From Psilocybe cubensis (lineage: Eukaryota), in NCBI GenBank assembly GCA_017499595.2, contig CM038998.1, positions 3,038,001-3,102,000 of the forward strand: a DNA stretch of 64,000 nucleotides, read 5' to 3'. Each line of letters opens with the position of its first letter. Position 1 is the first letter of the stretch. The notes beneath the pieces were generated by a model that saw only the letters and a list, made by a program, of their open reading frames with translations, made no database searches and was not told the origin of the DNA. Both the position numbers and the translations under genes were made by a program. Of this stretch, positions 34,939 to 49,074 are shown piece by piece.

Positions 34939-37436
34939 TCAAGGTTTTAAACCATGCCCAATTTGCTTTCGTAGAGAAGGAGATCCGGGGTCAATCTGTA
35001 TCGTAATGGTTTCGGATTGCTTTGTTTGAACGACCGACGTACGCTGGCCGCTAGCCTTAGCATTTGTACCTGTGATGCGTAAAGAGCTAGACGAGATTGA
35101 TCGAAAGAGAGTCGTAAACCAAGATGGCGACCGCGTCAACGTTGGGACTGGAGGGGACATATTCACAGAAGTAGCATAAGCTTGCGCCTCAGGGGTGTTG
35201 TGATCGTATGGCCAATATTGCTTGATTGCCTCCTCGAGGCTGGTCAGAGGCTCAATAAACTCTGGAACGTTTGCTAACTTCTCGGCAAGGGTTGGATCAA
35301 GAGTTTCTTGCTCCAGGATGGACGAGTGAAACGTCTCATGGGTATGAACGTTGTTCGGAGTCAATGGCAACTCCCTTTGAATTTTGTCGGCCAAAATAAA
35401 GATTCCTGTTGCTGAGCTGATAGTGTGTGAGCGGACATTTGGTGAGATATCGTACTGCAGAGCTTACTCGTGTGGTTTCTGCTTTCCCCAAGGGGCCACC
35501 GGATTTATGAGTGCCCGTAGATAATTCATATCCATAGACATCAGATCCTCTACTTGTGACTTGGCGATGGGGAAAAAGATCAGGGGATAGACGTCTCCAT
35601 AGAAAACCTTGGACTAACCGCCATCCACATGAGGCTGATATCTGATAGATCATGGTGATCATATCCTCCACCGATCTAGATAGTTATAAGCATGAATCTC
35701 AACCAATTGCACCAAAATACGAACATCAGAATGGCATCCTAAATGATTGAAAGTAAAGTTTTTCAAAGGTCGCATCATATGGCGGAGGATGATATAGCAT
35801 GCACAGAATATTCTTACCAGCAAACCAGCACTGTGTTTATCGTTAGCTTTGTTGAAATAGACAACACAAGACACCTTTGCTTACTTGCTTGAGTACTTGA
35901 TTCCTGAGCCTACCTGCTTCTGTCTGCTTAAACTTATTGCAATTCTAGCATATCCCATTAGATCTAAGGTACGCAGCGCCAGATGACACAGGCTTACGAA
36001 GTCCTTGCGCATTTCATTCAGTGCAAGCGCCTGATACGCATACTGTATATGGACACCTAGTTTGTGATTAGGAAAACCGAACATCCGAACATGGGATGCC
36101 CCCTTGGACATCGCAATCTCTTCAGGTAGGCCAGTAGATCCTACAGTGTCCCAGACGCCCAAGCATCTACAAGATAAAGTTACAGTCTGAATACGAGAAT
36201 ACACTGCCATAAAAATGCAAACTTAACTCACTTCACGGTAAATTTATCACCATCAATGTCAACGCGCCGTCTACCGTTCGAATTAGGGTCGCGCCACGGA
36301 CCCAACTTTGCTTCCAGCTCTGATTTTGCTATACAAACACCATTAGGCAAGCTTGCAAGAACTGCTGAGAAAATAGAGAACCTTGTTGATCTTGGGTCTT
36401 TCCAAGTGCTTGAAAATTGAGAAATATAGATGCAAAATTATCCATATCTTTGCTATCAAGCACTCCGATCTCTCCCTGAAAACACGCTGCCATTTAGGAT
36501 TCTTGTGAAAGTTACAACAAGGTCATCTTACTTACAATGAACATGGCCACCATGCGAGCCGTATAAGCACCCTAGAGTATAAAGAATATTTTAACCCCGG
36601 GATGAATTAGTAAAAGCTAATATGATGAGGATGACTGACTCTAGAAAATCCAAAGAGAAAAATCTAGATATTGCAATTTGTTGTTAATGAAGACGTGATA
36701 TAAATGCACACTATAACATAATCATTGAACATACCTCGTCTCCAGGATTATAGTTACTTAAAGCCTTCAGTCCGCAGTAGATATATATCATTTACGCCGA
36801 GACTCACTGTGCAATGAAAGCATAAGCTTCTTCAACTTTGTCCCCTAAGATAGTAGTCCAGGCTTAGTACAGTCAACGAGAGGTTTGAAAGGTATCCAGA
36901 ATACTAGCCTAAAGATGAACCTGTTGCACCTGTTGATAATAAAGATGTTAAATGCATGAAGTGACATTTGTTCCACAAACACATACCCTCCACATATTGG
37001 GAATAGAAATTGTGTTCTGACCCAACTCCTGACTGGTAAAAAACGATTTGAGAAATAACTGGTTGCATGCGCTCATCTTGCCGATTGACGCTCCGTGCCA
37101 GCCGCTAGTTCTTGGTTAAGGGGATACAACACGAAGCAGTGGATAATAACGCATACCAAAACATTGGTGTATTTAGAGCATTGGGTCGATATACCGTCTT
37201 GCCAAGTCCTACAAGTAGTCAATTAGCAGAATATTATATAGAGATTTGACAATTCCTTACCCATCGCAGAAAACAATGATCCTCCTATAGGTATTCATCT
37301 TGTCCTCCTCTACCAGTGGGACTGTATGATTTCGGCGAGGAGACCTAGATGGACTGGTGCGAGAAGTGGCCTCCGAATCCGGCTGGAAAACCAAAGAGGA
37401 CTTGGGTGTTAAATTTGAGTCAGCCTCCGAAGACAT
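34939..37436 (-). CDS. DUF2235 / Tle1-like alpha/beta-hydrolase
   Basis: Spliced motifs RRIIVFCDGTWQDG, TNVLRLARSV, QIVFYQSGVG, NYNPGDEIFLFGFSRGAYTAR, CLGVWDTVGS, ALALNEMRKDF and CWFAGCHSDIGGGY. The 5' half is made of tiny exons that do not appear in the ORF track. Confidence 0.9.
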
Positions 37437-38093
37437 GAATAGACTGAGATATGGAAAATGTATCGATATTGGTTAACAACGAAATCTGTCTCCTTTATAT
37501 GAGGATACATGGTCGCTGTTCGTCACCAGCAACCTATTAATATAACTACCATGATGATGAAGTCGTGATACATCAATCAGACATTTTACATTCCCATAGT
37601 TCGAAGGCTGTCCCGTGTTTTGTTAATCCGTGGGCGCTCTTGCGTCGGAGGATCAGATTCTTGACCAAAATGGAATACACATTTCCGAACGGCAGCCATT
37701 TTCTTCCCTCCGAAGAGTAAGAAACGTCAATGGTCAATCTTGTCAATCATTCACCCCAAACCTGATGCTCCCTTGCCGCTAGTTCATATTCAAGCCAATT
37801 TGGAAAAAATTAAATACCATATGCATATGTGAAGCCAGCATATAGCATAGACGCTGACTGTCAAGGAATAAGTGCATTCGTTAAGCGGATACCATGTGAG
37901 TGTATCAATTGGCGTAACAGGAAGGAAAGTACACCAATACTTACCATAGTTGACCAGTAAAATTTTATTCAGTTTACTTTGAGCAGATTTTTGGTGCCAC
38001 TGAAAGAAATGGCATTGCACTCGATGTGCCAGAAAATAATGGAGGTTTGAGTGCTGGTTATTGGTTATTATAAATTGTCTATGGGGTATATTT

Positions 38094-39321
38094 CTATTTG
38101 CCGAAGCGCATTTCAGCTGATGTAAACTCGTCCAATGCGGACCTAAAAGACGTTTCGTCTAGCGCGGTAGGCAGATGAGCCCACTTGCCGCGAAAGATCC
38201 TTTGTAGTCTTGATTTTGGCGGTTTGTTTTGACTAGAAATCAATATGAAAATGATTGGTCATGGCATGTAGCGTGTGGCTGCTCACTAGATTTCGGTAAG
38301 CCTGATATGCCATGGGGGAAATCCATGGAGCTCAGGCGGTGCCAAAATATTGCTCGAAGATTCAATTGGGTGTATAATCATGAAATCGGGAGAGGAAAGA
38401 CCGTCATCCTCTATTTATAGTTTGCGGAAGATGTTAGTGTAATACATACAAAGATATTGATACAGGATGCGCACTACCTTCTAGAATTTGATTCAACTCG
38501 TCCACCGATAGCCTGTATGCATCACGAACACGAGAGCGGAAACCCTTGCGAGTTTTCTGTGAGTGTTTTCGAGCAAGTTCTTGGGCAGCAGTGGCAATAG
38601 CAGGTTTCGAACACCTCCAAGACGCAAAGCAGAGAAGTAGGTTTGCGCGTGCCGAAATTTCATCAGCTATTTCTAGAATAAAACGCAGGGAGGTTGATTA
38701 CAATGAAATCGTATATATAGCATTTACAGCTCACTACTTTGGTGGCGCCTTTGGAGCTTTTTATGCATTTGGCGTTCTCTTCGGGGGATGGGGTCGGAAA
38801 CTAGGATGGTGGTAATTGGGGGATTGCGTCCTTGAGCTGTATCAGGAGAGAGAGGACGTGATTCTGAATATTCCGATGCCGGTGGTGTAATAGGGTACTC
38901 CGTTTCGGAATCACTGGATTCGGACTCTTGGCCATGAAGAGGGAGTCGTCTACGAATGTTTGGGATGCACTTATACAGCAACTCTGAAGACTCGAAACGT
39001 GAGCTGCTCAAGCATACACCATGTATCAATTTGAATGTACGAACCATTCTCTTCATACACTGTCAATTTATGAATCCCCACCGATCGACACCAGGACACG
39101 GAATCAACCACACTCTCTGTCAAGAGTTCCTGAGCTGCCGCGTCTGAAACGGTGGGATCGACATTGAAGACAATGGCCAGGTGTTTTGGTATACGTGGAC
39201 GTGATGCTCGCAGTGGCAATGGGGGAGGAGCAGAATTTCGTTGCCAGAACGAACGTATTAAAAGTATGACGGCATAAATAAAATGAAATATGTTCAACAA
39301 GGACGCATAGAAACCCTGCAT
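38094..39321 (-). CDS. NUS1: Dehydrodolichyl diphosphate synthase subunit Nus1 (NgBR)
   Basis: N-terminal TM segment, IPKHLAIV, WCRSVGIHKLTVYE, HGFPPWHIRLTEI and the C-terminal RxG motif EMRFGK*. Confidence 0.9.
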
Positions 39322-39606
39322 GGCGAGGGGATATCCGATAAATAGCGAATAGATAGGAGGCGATTCAAGTTAAGTTTGTCGACGTGTGCAGTGTGTAGCG
39401 CCGTCACGGTGTCTCACCGCCGCGATCAATGAGTCTATTTTGCACACTTCAGACATCGTGGGAGGCCATCAACACCTCTGCATCACCACCCCTAGGTCAG
39501 ACAATGTTAATGAGTATTTAGAGAGGAAAACAAAGATAGTTGGTTCAGAAGTAAAATAGAAAAAAGTAACGTAGTAACTATGTATGTATATATGTAATCG
39601 ACTTCA

Positions 39607-41595
39607 TTATTCTGTGAGGTCCCACCTTCCATTCTTCATAGCCCAGACCTTCCCTTCTCCATGTAAGAGCTCAAGGGCATCTTGTACATTCCACTCCCCA
39701 ACGTGACGCCATCTATCGTCCTTCCGCAAGACGCTAAGGATGCCGTCCTTCGTCGCACCGATGTAAGGTTTGCCGTTTTTCTCGTAATGATCTACGAGTG
39801 TTTTAATGGCAGCTTCAACATGCTCAGCCAGTAAATCAGCAGTTAGGGAGATATAAGCCTCTTCGTCAGGGTCAGGATCAGACAAAGTGCCGTCATCTCC
39901 CGAATTTTCAGTCGAAGCAGAAGCAATGGATCCAGCAGTTGTACTGAAAACATTACTGTCGTCATTAAGAAATGAGGTGATGTTTGTTTTCCAAAGGCGA
40001 CTAGTTTCCAAGTAAGGGGTTTCTGGAAGTGGACAGACTAGTCCATCCCAATGTACCAGACATCCTTCCTTGAGTAATTGTATAATAGCCCATTGAAAGA
40101 GTCGCTTTTTCTTGCCCGCAAATTTGTTCGAGGGAATACTGGTAAGTGCCAATATCCTAGCTTTCTCTGCACGTGAAGGAATGATACCGGAATCTTTCAG
40201 TTTTTGTTTCTCCTCTCTCAATCGTCTCCGACCGACTGCCTGTACAACCCTTCCAGCCAAGAGGGATAACTCTGGGACTCGGCGGAGAAACGACAAGGTA
40301 ACTCCTTGGCGTAGTTTTTCCTGTGGTGCGCGACTGCATGTTGATTGTAGAGGTGTATTCACCCCATAATTGAGAGGTTCGATCCGAGGCTTCGGAGTAA
40401 TAGTAACGTTTGTGCCCGAGTGAAATTGACGGGGAGTGTCATCGTCACGGTAGGATTTGGTAGGTGTCGAGGGTATATGTGCAGCATGGGAATCAAAATC
40501 GTCATCAGTACTAGAATAACCTTTGGTAATGGGAGCATTATCCATGAAATGTTTGACATAGATGCGGAACGTATTTTCGGTGAGGTCATGGGAGTGTAGT
40601 CGTGAGGGGTGTCGCAGTTTTATGGGAGACTAGATGATTCAGGTGGTTTGATCACAAATATTTAAATTGAACGCTCACCTTGTTCTTGGAATTAACCTGG
40701 AGAGACTTGATGGGACTTGATGATACAGAAGATGGCGTAATTTCTGAGAGGATAGACGGGGTGACCTGGGCTTTAGCTTTTTGAGGGCTGATGGGTATAA
40801 TAAAGGGTTCGCTGTTTCGGTATATCGATGTATGAAGAGCCTGAACGGCCTTCGAGTGAAGAAGTTCTTCGTTTGGAGATGAACAGACCTCTAAGAGGTT
40901 GAGTAAGTATCAATTTAGGAGTAGCCGAGGTCAGAACACACTAATATCTGTGACATGTAATTGTCGCGTCTCGTGAAATTCGCGAACAGTACCAGAGACT
41001 TCCAAGCAATATCCAATTGTAGCAATGGGCTTTGGTGGCGGAGCTGGTGGAACTATCTCAGAGTTTAATAGTTTATCAGCTTTAAGTGCTGTATACTGCC
41101 TGGGCAGGGCATGATAGCAATCTATCACCCCCGTTCCATCGTCGACTGTTCAAAGATTCAACTTTGATATCAAAATTGGTTAAGTTTCATGAAACATAAG
41201 ATGCATACCAGAGTAAAGAATCCTTTTCTCGTACACCTGTATACCTACAAGCATACCTACTATCTTGACGCTTCGACAGGGCACAGATTTTAGCCAGTAG
41301 AAATCGTACTCTGTGCGAAGTTGAAGACTGTCAGTCATCAAACACACAGACTAACGGGGGATAGGCATCGCATACTTCGATCCATACTGGGTCTCAGCTC
41401 CAAGATATCACCAACAAAACATTTAGCAACTGCATCGGAATGGAACGTCCAATTGTAGATGTCCTGTATCGAACTTCCAACTTGAGGATCTTGAGACGTA
41501 AGCCGTCTTCGTTTCGTTGGAGTAAGGTAGACGGTAGATGTTTGGAAAGAGTTTCGTTTGTCCAGCTTAGATGTGGATGTAAAAGTAAAACTCAT
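39607..41595 (-). CDS. STN1: Telomere CST complex subunit Stn1 (OB fold)
   Basis: OB-fold motifs W..VPCRSVKIVGMLVG, VDDGTGVIDC and VSGTVREFHETRQL, plus a C-terminal winged-helix-like segment. Confidence 0.75.
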
Positions 41596-42081
41596 AGTAG
41601 ATGGTGATGGTCAAGTGCAAGGGTGGGGACCATAGTAATCAATGTTCTTAATTGGGAAATTGACGCGAGTCGCTGGTTCAACTGTCACGTGGCCGACCAA
41701 ATTACTGTGCCTTGCAATTAGCACTCCCTAATGCCAGTAATTGTATGAGCCGCCGGATGGATGATGGAAAAGTCAGAAGTCCTCGTTATAAAATTAATTT
41801 ATAGGATTATCACGAGTATATGTGCGTACGTTCCAAAAACTTTAAGATTAATGAGAGACCTTGAGATAATTAAACTCTTTAGTAACTAAACAGACAAGTC
41901 AGTGAATAAGAGAATACTACGAAACAAATAGATTGAAGTTCGAAACCTCAGTAAGCAGGTTTCGAATTGTACTCAAGCACTAAATTACTACACGATCTTG
42001 TTCCAAATGTAAGTAGATGTTTTCCGCATTTAAAGGCATCCAGTATGTTTATGTATTTGAGAAAAAATTGGATGTCAACAA

Positions 42082-43107
42082 TTAAGCAAGTCCAGGTTCA
42101 TCGTCGAAGGAACGTTTGATCTTCAACAAGATATTTGTTTTCCAGTTATCTAGTTTGGTGACTTGGTCAAACTCAAACACAGATCCCGTGAAGGCTTCGA
42201 TGTCGCCTGCTTCCACAGCTTCTATCAACGCAGTGGCAAACTTGGCTTCCCGGGTCGATGCAAATGTCACATCTTGATTGGAGTACTTGGTCAAGTTTCG
42301 TCGAGCCGTAACCGTATCCTAAACGGGTGACCGTCAATAGGAAGAAATAACAAACAAGGACCGCGACGCACACCAAGGGCAAGAGCACACAAAATTGACT
42401 TTAGCCAATATTCTTTTACGCTGTACTTCGTCAAGGCAGAAGTCAGAGACTGATCAGCAACTTGTTCATATCGAGCAATTGCTTGACCGTATTCCTCAAG
42501 CTCTGCGTGGAGGTCAGCAGCGTCTTTGAAACAAGCATTAGCTGTCCTATACTTTATGTTGAGACATTCGGAGGTAGGGTCATAGTCAAGTCGCTTACGC
42601 GGCGGCATCTTCTTGTTGATACCATTCTCCAGCTCGCACGTAGCTTTCACAAGCCTTTCGTAGGTCGTTGTTCTCTTGGAGATAAATCTGGCCGATTTCT
42701 TTCTCTCTGTCTGCAGCTTGTCTGAATCGACCACTCTTTGTCAGATGAACGATAGTCTGAGTGAGAGCTTGTATAGCAACTGCGGAGAACGATCAGCATC
42801 GACAATGCTAGGTGCACCATACGAACTCACGATCCGGATAACCTCTCTTATAGGCTTTAGAAGCATTCCACCATGCATTTGCAGCTTCGTTTTCTTCCTT
42901 GCAATTCTCCCTGCATTCAGCCTCTCGAGCAAACGCATCTCCCGCCTCCTTAAAGAGTTTGTCAACCTTGAAGGCGTTGGCGGCTTGCTGATAAAGATCG
43001 CCGGCCTCTTCGTATTTGGTTGAGGACGAGGTAAACCATCCACCAGACGAGTTTGCCTTTTTGTCGGCCTTTTCTAGGAGAACCTGGGCAGGGGATTTGG
43101 AGGGCAT
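42082..43107 (-). CDS. SEC17: Alpha-SNAP
   Basis: Motifs KYEEAGDLYQQAANAFK, GRFRQAADREKEI, LTKYSVKEYW, FASTRE and LDNWKTNILLKIK. Confidence 0.95.
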
Positions 43108-43287
43108 GTTGGGCCGTAGTTACTGGAAGAGAAAGAGATTAAGCTACAGTTGCGACTGTAATAGGATACGAGTCATATGACTGGACTGGATCGTCTGTTG
43201 ACATTGTACCCGCCCCTACTACGTCAGACTTTCAAATTAGCCGAACTAAGGAGAACGCAACGCGTATCGATTTGCTTCCACACCACC

Positions 43288-45233
43288 ATGGCCGGACTAC
43301 CTCTTGAAGCAATCAAATCGTTTTCTGATGCTCATCCAAAGCCATCCGAACTCCATTTTCAGTACGGAACAGCGGGCTTTAGGACATTGTAAGTTGGCGA
43401 TTGTTTGTTTTCCAATCCTTTGTTCACATCTACCTCAGGGGAAATACCTTGGATTCTGTGATCTTTCGAGTTGGTATACTTGCAGGATTGAGAAGCAAGA
43501 AAATGGATGGGAGGACCATCGGTGTAATGGTCACTGCGTCTCACAACCCTGAGCAGGTCAGTCGTCTACACTATACCATTACCTCTGTGGTGGCTGACTG
43601 ACGATATATCGTCAAGGATAATGGCGTCAAGCTTGTTGATCCACGCGGAGAAATGCTAGAAGCATCGTGGGAGGCACATGCCACTGTTCTCGCGAACGCT
43701 CCTACCACAGATGCATTGGTAGAAGCGCTTGAAGCGCTTGTAATCAACGCGAAGATTGATCTTTCTAAGCCATCACGGGTTGTTTATGCTAGAGATACTC
43801 GTCCTTCAGGACCAGCTCTCATATCTGCCCTTGAAGATGGCTTCAAAGCTTTGGGTGTTGAAGCACGAGATGGCGGTATAACAACCACCCCCATACTTCA
43901 TTACCTCGTCAAAGCTATCAACACGAAGGGATCAAGTGAATCATACGGCGAAGATTCAGAAGAGGGTTATTACACTAAACTCAGCGAATCGTTCAAAAAG
44001 TTGATCGTACGTCGATTGATTATTGTGTAAACGCGACGTATTTATTTTTCTTCGTCAGTCTGGGAGAACCAAACCAAGTCCTTTGGTTATTGATTGTGCA
44101 AATGGTGTTGGTGCCCATGCCGCTGCTAAACTATCCACTTACCTCGGAGAGTCGCTGCCCATGATCCTTGAAAATACTGCCACATCTACTACCGGTACTT
44201 TGAACGACTCGTGCGGTGCAGACTACGTGAAAACTATGCAAAGATTACCTCCCAACTTGGTTAATGTCATGAAACCGGGCCAAAGAGCGTGCAGCTTAGA
44301 CGGTGATGCAGATCGGCTGATGTATTATTATTTGGATGAACGTGGTTTATTCCATATGTTGGATGGTGACAAGATTGCAGCGCTGGTTGCGGCTTTCATC
44401 GTGGAACTTGTCAAACTTGCCGGTCTAGATTCTGAGGTCAAGGTCGGGGTAGTCCAAACAGCTTATGCCAACGGAGCATCAACCAAATATTTAGCTGAGG
44501 TAGGTCACGATTTGATGTGTTTTGGTTTATAAGACCACTTATGCCTCTTCACGTGTGTCTTTGTGCAGCGTCTGCCTGTCAAATGCGTCCCCACCGGGGT
44601 AAAACACTTACACCACGCAGCAGAAAATTACAACATCGGGGTATATTTTGAAGCCAATGGCCACGGAACTGTCATCTTCTCTCCAAAAACCCAAGAGAAA
44701 CTTGCCCAGCATGAGCCATCGACTCCCGCACAGTCCACAGCACTTAATCACTTGATAAACCTAACCCAATTAATTAACCAGACCGTGGGTGACGCATTAT
44801 CTGACATGCTGCTCGTTGAAGTCGTGCTAGCCCATAAATCATATTCTGGGGTGGAATGGAATTCTTTGTACGCGGATCTGCCAAACAGGCTGGTCAAAGT
44901 CGTAGTCAGCGACAGGAATAGCTTCAAAACCGAAGATGCAGAACGTCGTCTTGTCAACCCTCCTGGATTGCAAGCCAAGATTGATGAACTTGTTCAAAGG
45001 TATGAAGCAGGACGGTCTTTTGTTCGACCGAGCGGAACGGAGGATGTGGTGCGAGTATATGCTGAAGCTGCAGTAAAAGCTCAAGCGGATGGTGAGTCTA
45101 CGTCAACATTCGGTTCCTTGACAGAGGTGGATGGCTAATCCGTGAATTTCCAGAACTTGCGTTTCGGGTTGCAGGACTTGTGTACGACGAAGCAGGTGGT
45201 GATGCCTCCAAACGACCCAAGGAGTTTCTTTAA
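43288..45233 (+). CDS. PCM1: Phosphoacetylglucosamine mutase (AGM1/PGM3)
   Basis: Motifs [27 protein letters not shown] and [15 protein letters not shown]. Confidence 0.96.
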
Positions 45234-45610
45234 TGACCCAAAATAAATACCCGCATAGTTGTATTATTACCATTGTTGCAATTTGAAAGGAATCTATATG
45301 TAACAAAACGTGGTTCGTAAGAAATTGACATGATGCTTATCCTGTTGAGGACACGGAGGTTGGACACTGAAAGACCGGCTTGGACCGAATAATATTGCCT
45401 TGATACGTGTCTGATGAGGTAAAATAGTCTGTATGTAAACATCAGTTTTGGCTCCGTTGCGCGATAGCACGTAATTCCGAGGTCCCAAAGTGTTTCCAGA
45501 AATCCACCTGACTCGGGTGAAGGTTTGGATGAAATTATTTAAACAGGCGTCAATTTGTTTCTTTCATTTCAACTACTACCAGCCTCTTTATTAACCGAGT
45601 ACCGGAGTCG

Positions 45611-47225
45611 ATGTGTCGCTTCGTGATTTACAAGGGTACCTCGCCAGTACAGTTGTCCCACGTATGATGGCATCTTTCTCCACTACTACCACCACTCATT
45701 GCTTTCGTATCTAGCTGTTGACTCGGCCATGTCATTCAATCATCAACCAGGCCTTCGACTCTCGCCTGCGCCTCGATAGACGGAGACCTATGAATGGGGA
45801 CGGTTTCGGCGTCGGTAAGTTCTCGCTGTTATACATGCTTGGCCATTGACCACATCTGTCATCCACTAGGTTGGTATGATTCTGTATACGACGAGGAGCT
45901 CGGAAGCCAGCCTTGCATATTTACTTCCGTCACCCCAGTGCGTCGCCTCGGAGCATTGTTTATACATTCACAGCTCATCATCGACAGGCATGGAACAATG
46001 TCAATCTCACTCGACTGGCTGAAAAGATCAAGTCTCCCTTAGTTTTGTGTGTCTATTTTCTTTCGGTGATGGTCTCGGGAACTCTAAAACGATTCCTTTT
46101 TAGTGGCCATGTACGAGCAACGACTGCTGGATCTCTTTCGCTGGATAATTGCCACCCCTTTGTGCATGGAAAGCTCATGGTGCTTTTGGCTGCCCTCCCG
46201 AGCATGATATGACATTAATCTTGCTTTATGTTAGTTCATGCACAACGGAGGCATCGCCGAATTCCCGGTGCTTAAACGTCGGCTACAGAAAGATCTCCCA
46301 GATGTCGCTTTCGATATGGTGCAGGGTAATACGGGTATGTCCGAGTCTATACTTATCCTACACCTAAGTCCTGAGTTGCGACTTCTGTCCAGATTCAGAA
46401 TGGGCGTTCGCGCTGTTTTTATCAAAGGTGAGAATCCTGGGAAAAACATGGCGAGCATAAGCTAATGACAATTTCAGCTCCCGGACCCTAATGCACGGTC
46501 GTTCACTTCCGAAACATTGCGTAAAGCTATGACCGATACGATTGCATCGCTGAACCAATACGCCGAAGAATTCAACATCACCGAGGTATGTCCAATTCTC
46601 AATCATAACCTTTACCACCGTCAACTTATTATCGTGTTCAGCCTAGCCTTATGAACTTCTGTGTAACTGATGGAGAAACGGTTGTTGTGACGCGGTATAT
46701 CTCGTCAAAGACGGAGGAAGCTGCTTCTTTGGTATGGTGTGCTTTTGTTACTGGATTGCGACTGCTTACATCCTTGTTAGTGGTTTTCGTCAGGGACCGA
46801 ATTTAGCGAATACGCTGAGGGAGGTCACTACAAGATGTCAAAAGCAGATAAGAGGGAAAATATCATTATGGTAGGAGATATGCTTGCTTTTCATGCACTA
46901 TAATTTACAACCTGCCTATAGGTTGCTAGTGAGCCACTCACTTTCGAGAGAGGTACTGCTGTTTTATTATATGCAGAATTGTATGACCTCACACAATTTC
47001 ATAGCGGATTGGATGGAGATCAAGACAAACCACATGGTGGTTATCACGCCTAAGATGAACCTCTTGCAAATCCCTATCAAGGACAAATTCTACGTGCCTC
47101 CCTCGGATCCTGCTGCTGCGAAACGGAAGACTGAGTTTGCGCATGAGAAAGGCTTCTTGAATCTCAGAGAACCAATATCTGACAAGCCTCTCAAAAGTGC
47201 AAGGCGTCATACCCTGACTCACTGA
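45611..47225 (+). CDS. DUG3: Class II (Ntn) glutamine amidotransferase, Dug3-like
   Basis: N-terminal MCRF, NGDGFGVGWY, PAWNN.NL, HVRA, NCHPF, MHNGG, GNTDSE and ASEPLTF. Confidence 0.9.
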
Positions 47226-47608
47226 GGCCATAATCCTTTCAAATTTTTGCCTAATCTCTGCTCTCTGACGTCGCTTTGGTGTATTTTATAATCTTGTTGT
47301 AGACTATTATAACCCGTGATTCATTATTGCATTTTGATACTGTTGTATATACATACTTTTGTTATTTAGTATTGTTTCTGTTTTCGCTGCCATCAGAATA
47401 TTAGGGGTCAAATGCCGAGTCCTGTAATGCTTATGTTTGTCACGTACGCGGTAGGTAACACGTCACACTGCAGATGATTACTGTGACTGGAACCAAAAAC
47501 GAGGATGTCCCATGACGGTGAACAGCGGTCTCCATACAGCCTGCAGCCAGATACAGGTTTCCTTGAAGCCACTACGACCTTGACGATATTTCTACCTCCA
47601 TCGTCGAA

Positions 47609-48952
47609 ATGAACCCGTGGTTCATCTGGAGTGCCATCTTTAATACAGCAAGGTACGGAATGTCCAGGCTTCAACACATATCGAGTAGTACTGAATTTAG
47701 TGTAGACTGTCAACAGCTCTCCAAATTCTCATTTTCCTTCCTTTAACATTGGCCACCATATCCAATGATGCATTCCTCTTACTCTCTCTTATGCTGACTC
47801 TCCATTCCCTCATACATGGCACGATGAGCCTCTTCTGGGGTTCACATGCACTCTCCGTGCTCCAAGTGCCAATGCATCCGTTTTTACTGCTGCTTTGTTT
47901 CAACATATTTTCGTCTTCGCCAAATCCGTGGCTTCCTTGGGCAGCACAGTGGTGGGGTACGCTCCTGACATTCTCGGGGCCGTTATTCATCGTTATGGAG
48001 GGGTTATCGAGTCTTCTGGTTGTCCAGAAACTTGGTCAGGGAGGGAAACGACTAGCAGCCAGAGGGGAGGCATATCAATTCGGGCTTTTGATTGCGACCT
48101 CCATTGCATATGTTGCTTCAGCATGGTGGATTGTAAATGTAAGCATTGCCGTTCCTTTCTCAGGGTACTGTGGCTTATTCCGTCATTGTAAGTCATACCC
48201 AACAGCAGCGTCATCGCCCCTATCTTCTACCCTGCTTGGAGTCGCGATAACGGCATTCCTTTTCCTCACTATCATTGGTTTTGTGCTGCGTCGGACAAAC
48301 ATTATTGAGTCGTCCGGGCTTGCAGTTTTCATTGCTTACAATGTTTGGCTATGTGGTTTCGACCAAAAATCATTCACAGATCCAGCATCATCATAGTAAG
48401 TGCTGTCAAGTTTTCCCATAATACCTTGTTGATTTGTTGCATTAGTGCCCCTTTATTGCCAAATATCCTTCCTCACATCCAAACCCTACTCAATTTTGTG
48501 ATTAACACATTGCCAAAACCCGTCCTTATTGCCCTTTTGTATCGGTTGTCTATTCTACACCTTGCGTCCGGCATTCTTCCTACAATTGGTGCAGATAGCT
48601 GGGAGTCTGAAGAAGGCGTTGATGACAACTGGAACGATAGACCGGTTAGTCCAATCAATATAACGGTGTGCAGTATCTTTAACAGGATTATCGTCCAGAC
48701 TTCAATGTTAACGCGTCTGCTGTTAACATACCGTCAGTCAATATTCATTACTGTTTATTCTCACTTACTCCGTAAGCATTACTGGTTCCCATTGGTTACT
48801 CTTCCCTCACCCTTTTTCATCTAGTCCTAGACCACTCGTCTCAAATATGGTGGAGATGGATGAACATTTTTTTCACCCTGGTCATTTGGTCTGTGGAGCT
48901 GATCGTCAGCTCCGAGGACGACATTGCGGCAAAGGAGTACAAAGTAGACTAA
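47609..48952 (+). CDS. ICE2: ER membrane protein Ice2
   Basis: Multi-TM protein with SGPLFIVMEGLSSLLVVQKLGQ, STLLGVAIT, RRTNIIES, ITVYSHLL and WRWMNIF. Confidence 0.82.
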
Positions 48953-49074
48953 CATATTAGATTATTCTGGCCGTCTCAGCATTGTTCAATAATTCAACAG
49001 GACAATACCATCACTTTATGTATGTACACTCGCCTCTAACAATTCATCAGTATCATCCTATCAATGTACTTGTT

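Noticed and set aside
37440-38090. Long spacer with TGATGA boxes suggesting a C/D snoRNA
   Set aside because: I found no convincing terminal stem, D-box spacing or rRNA-complementary guide by eye; it would need snoscan or Infernal.
43145-43160. 6-bp inverted repeat TACAGT-tgcg-ACTGTA between SEC17 and PCM1
   Set aside because: It is short enough to occur by chance in 64 kb.
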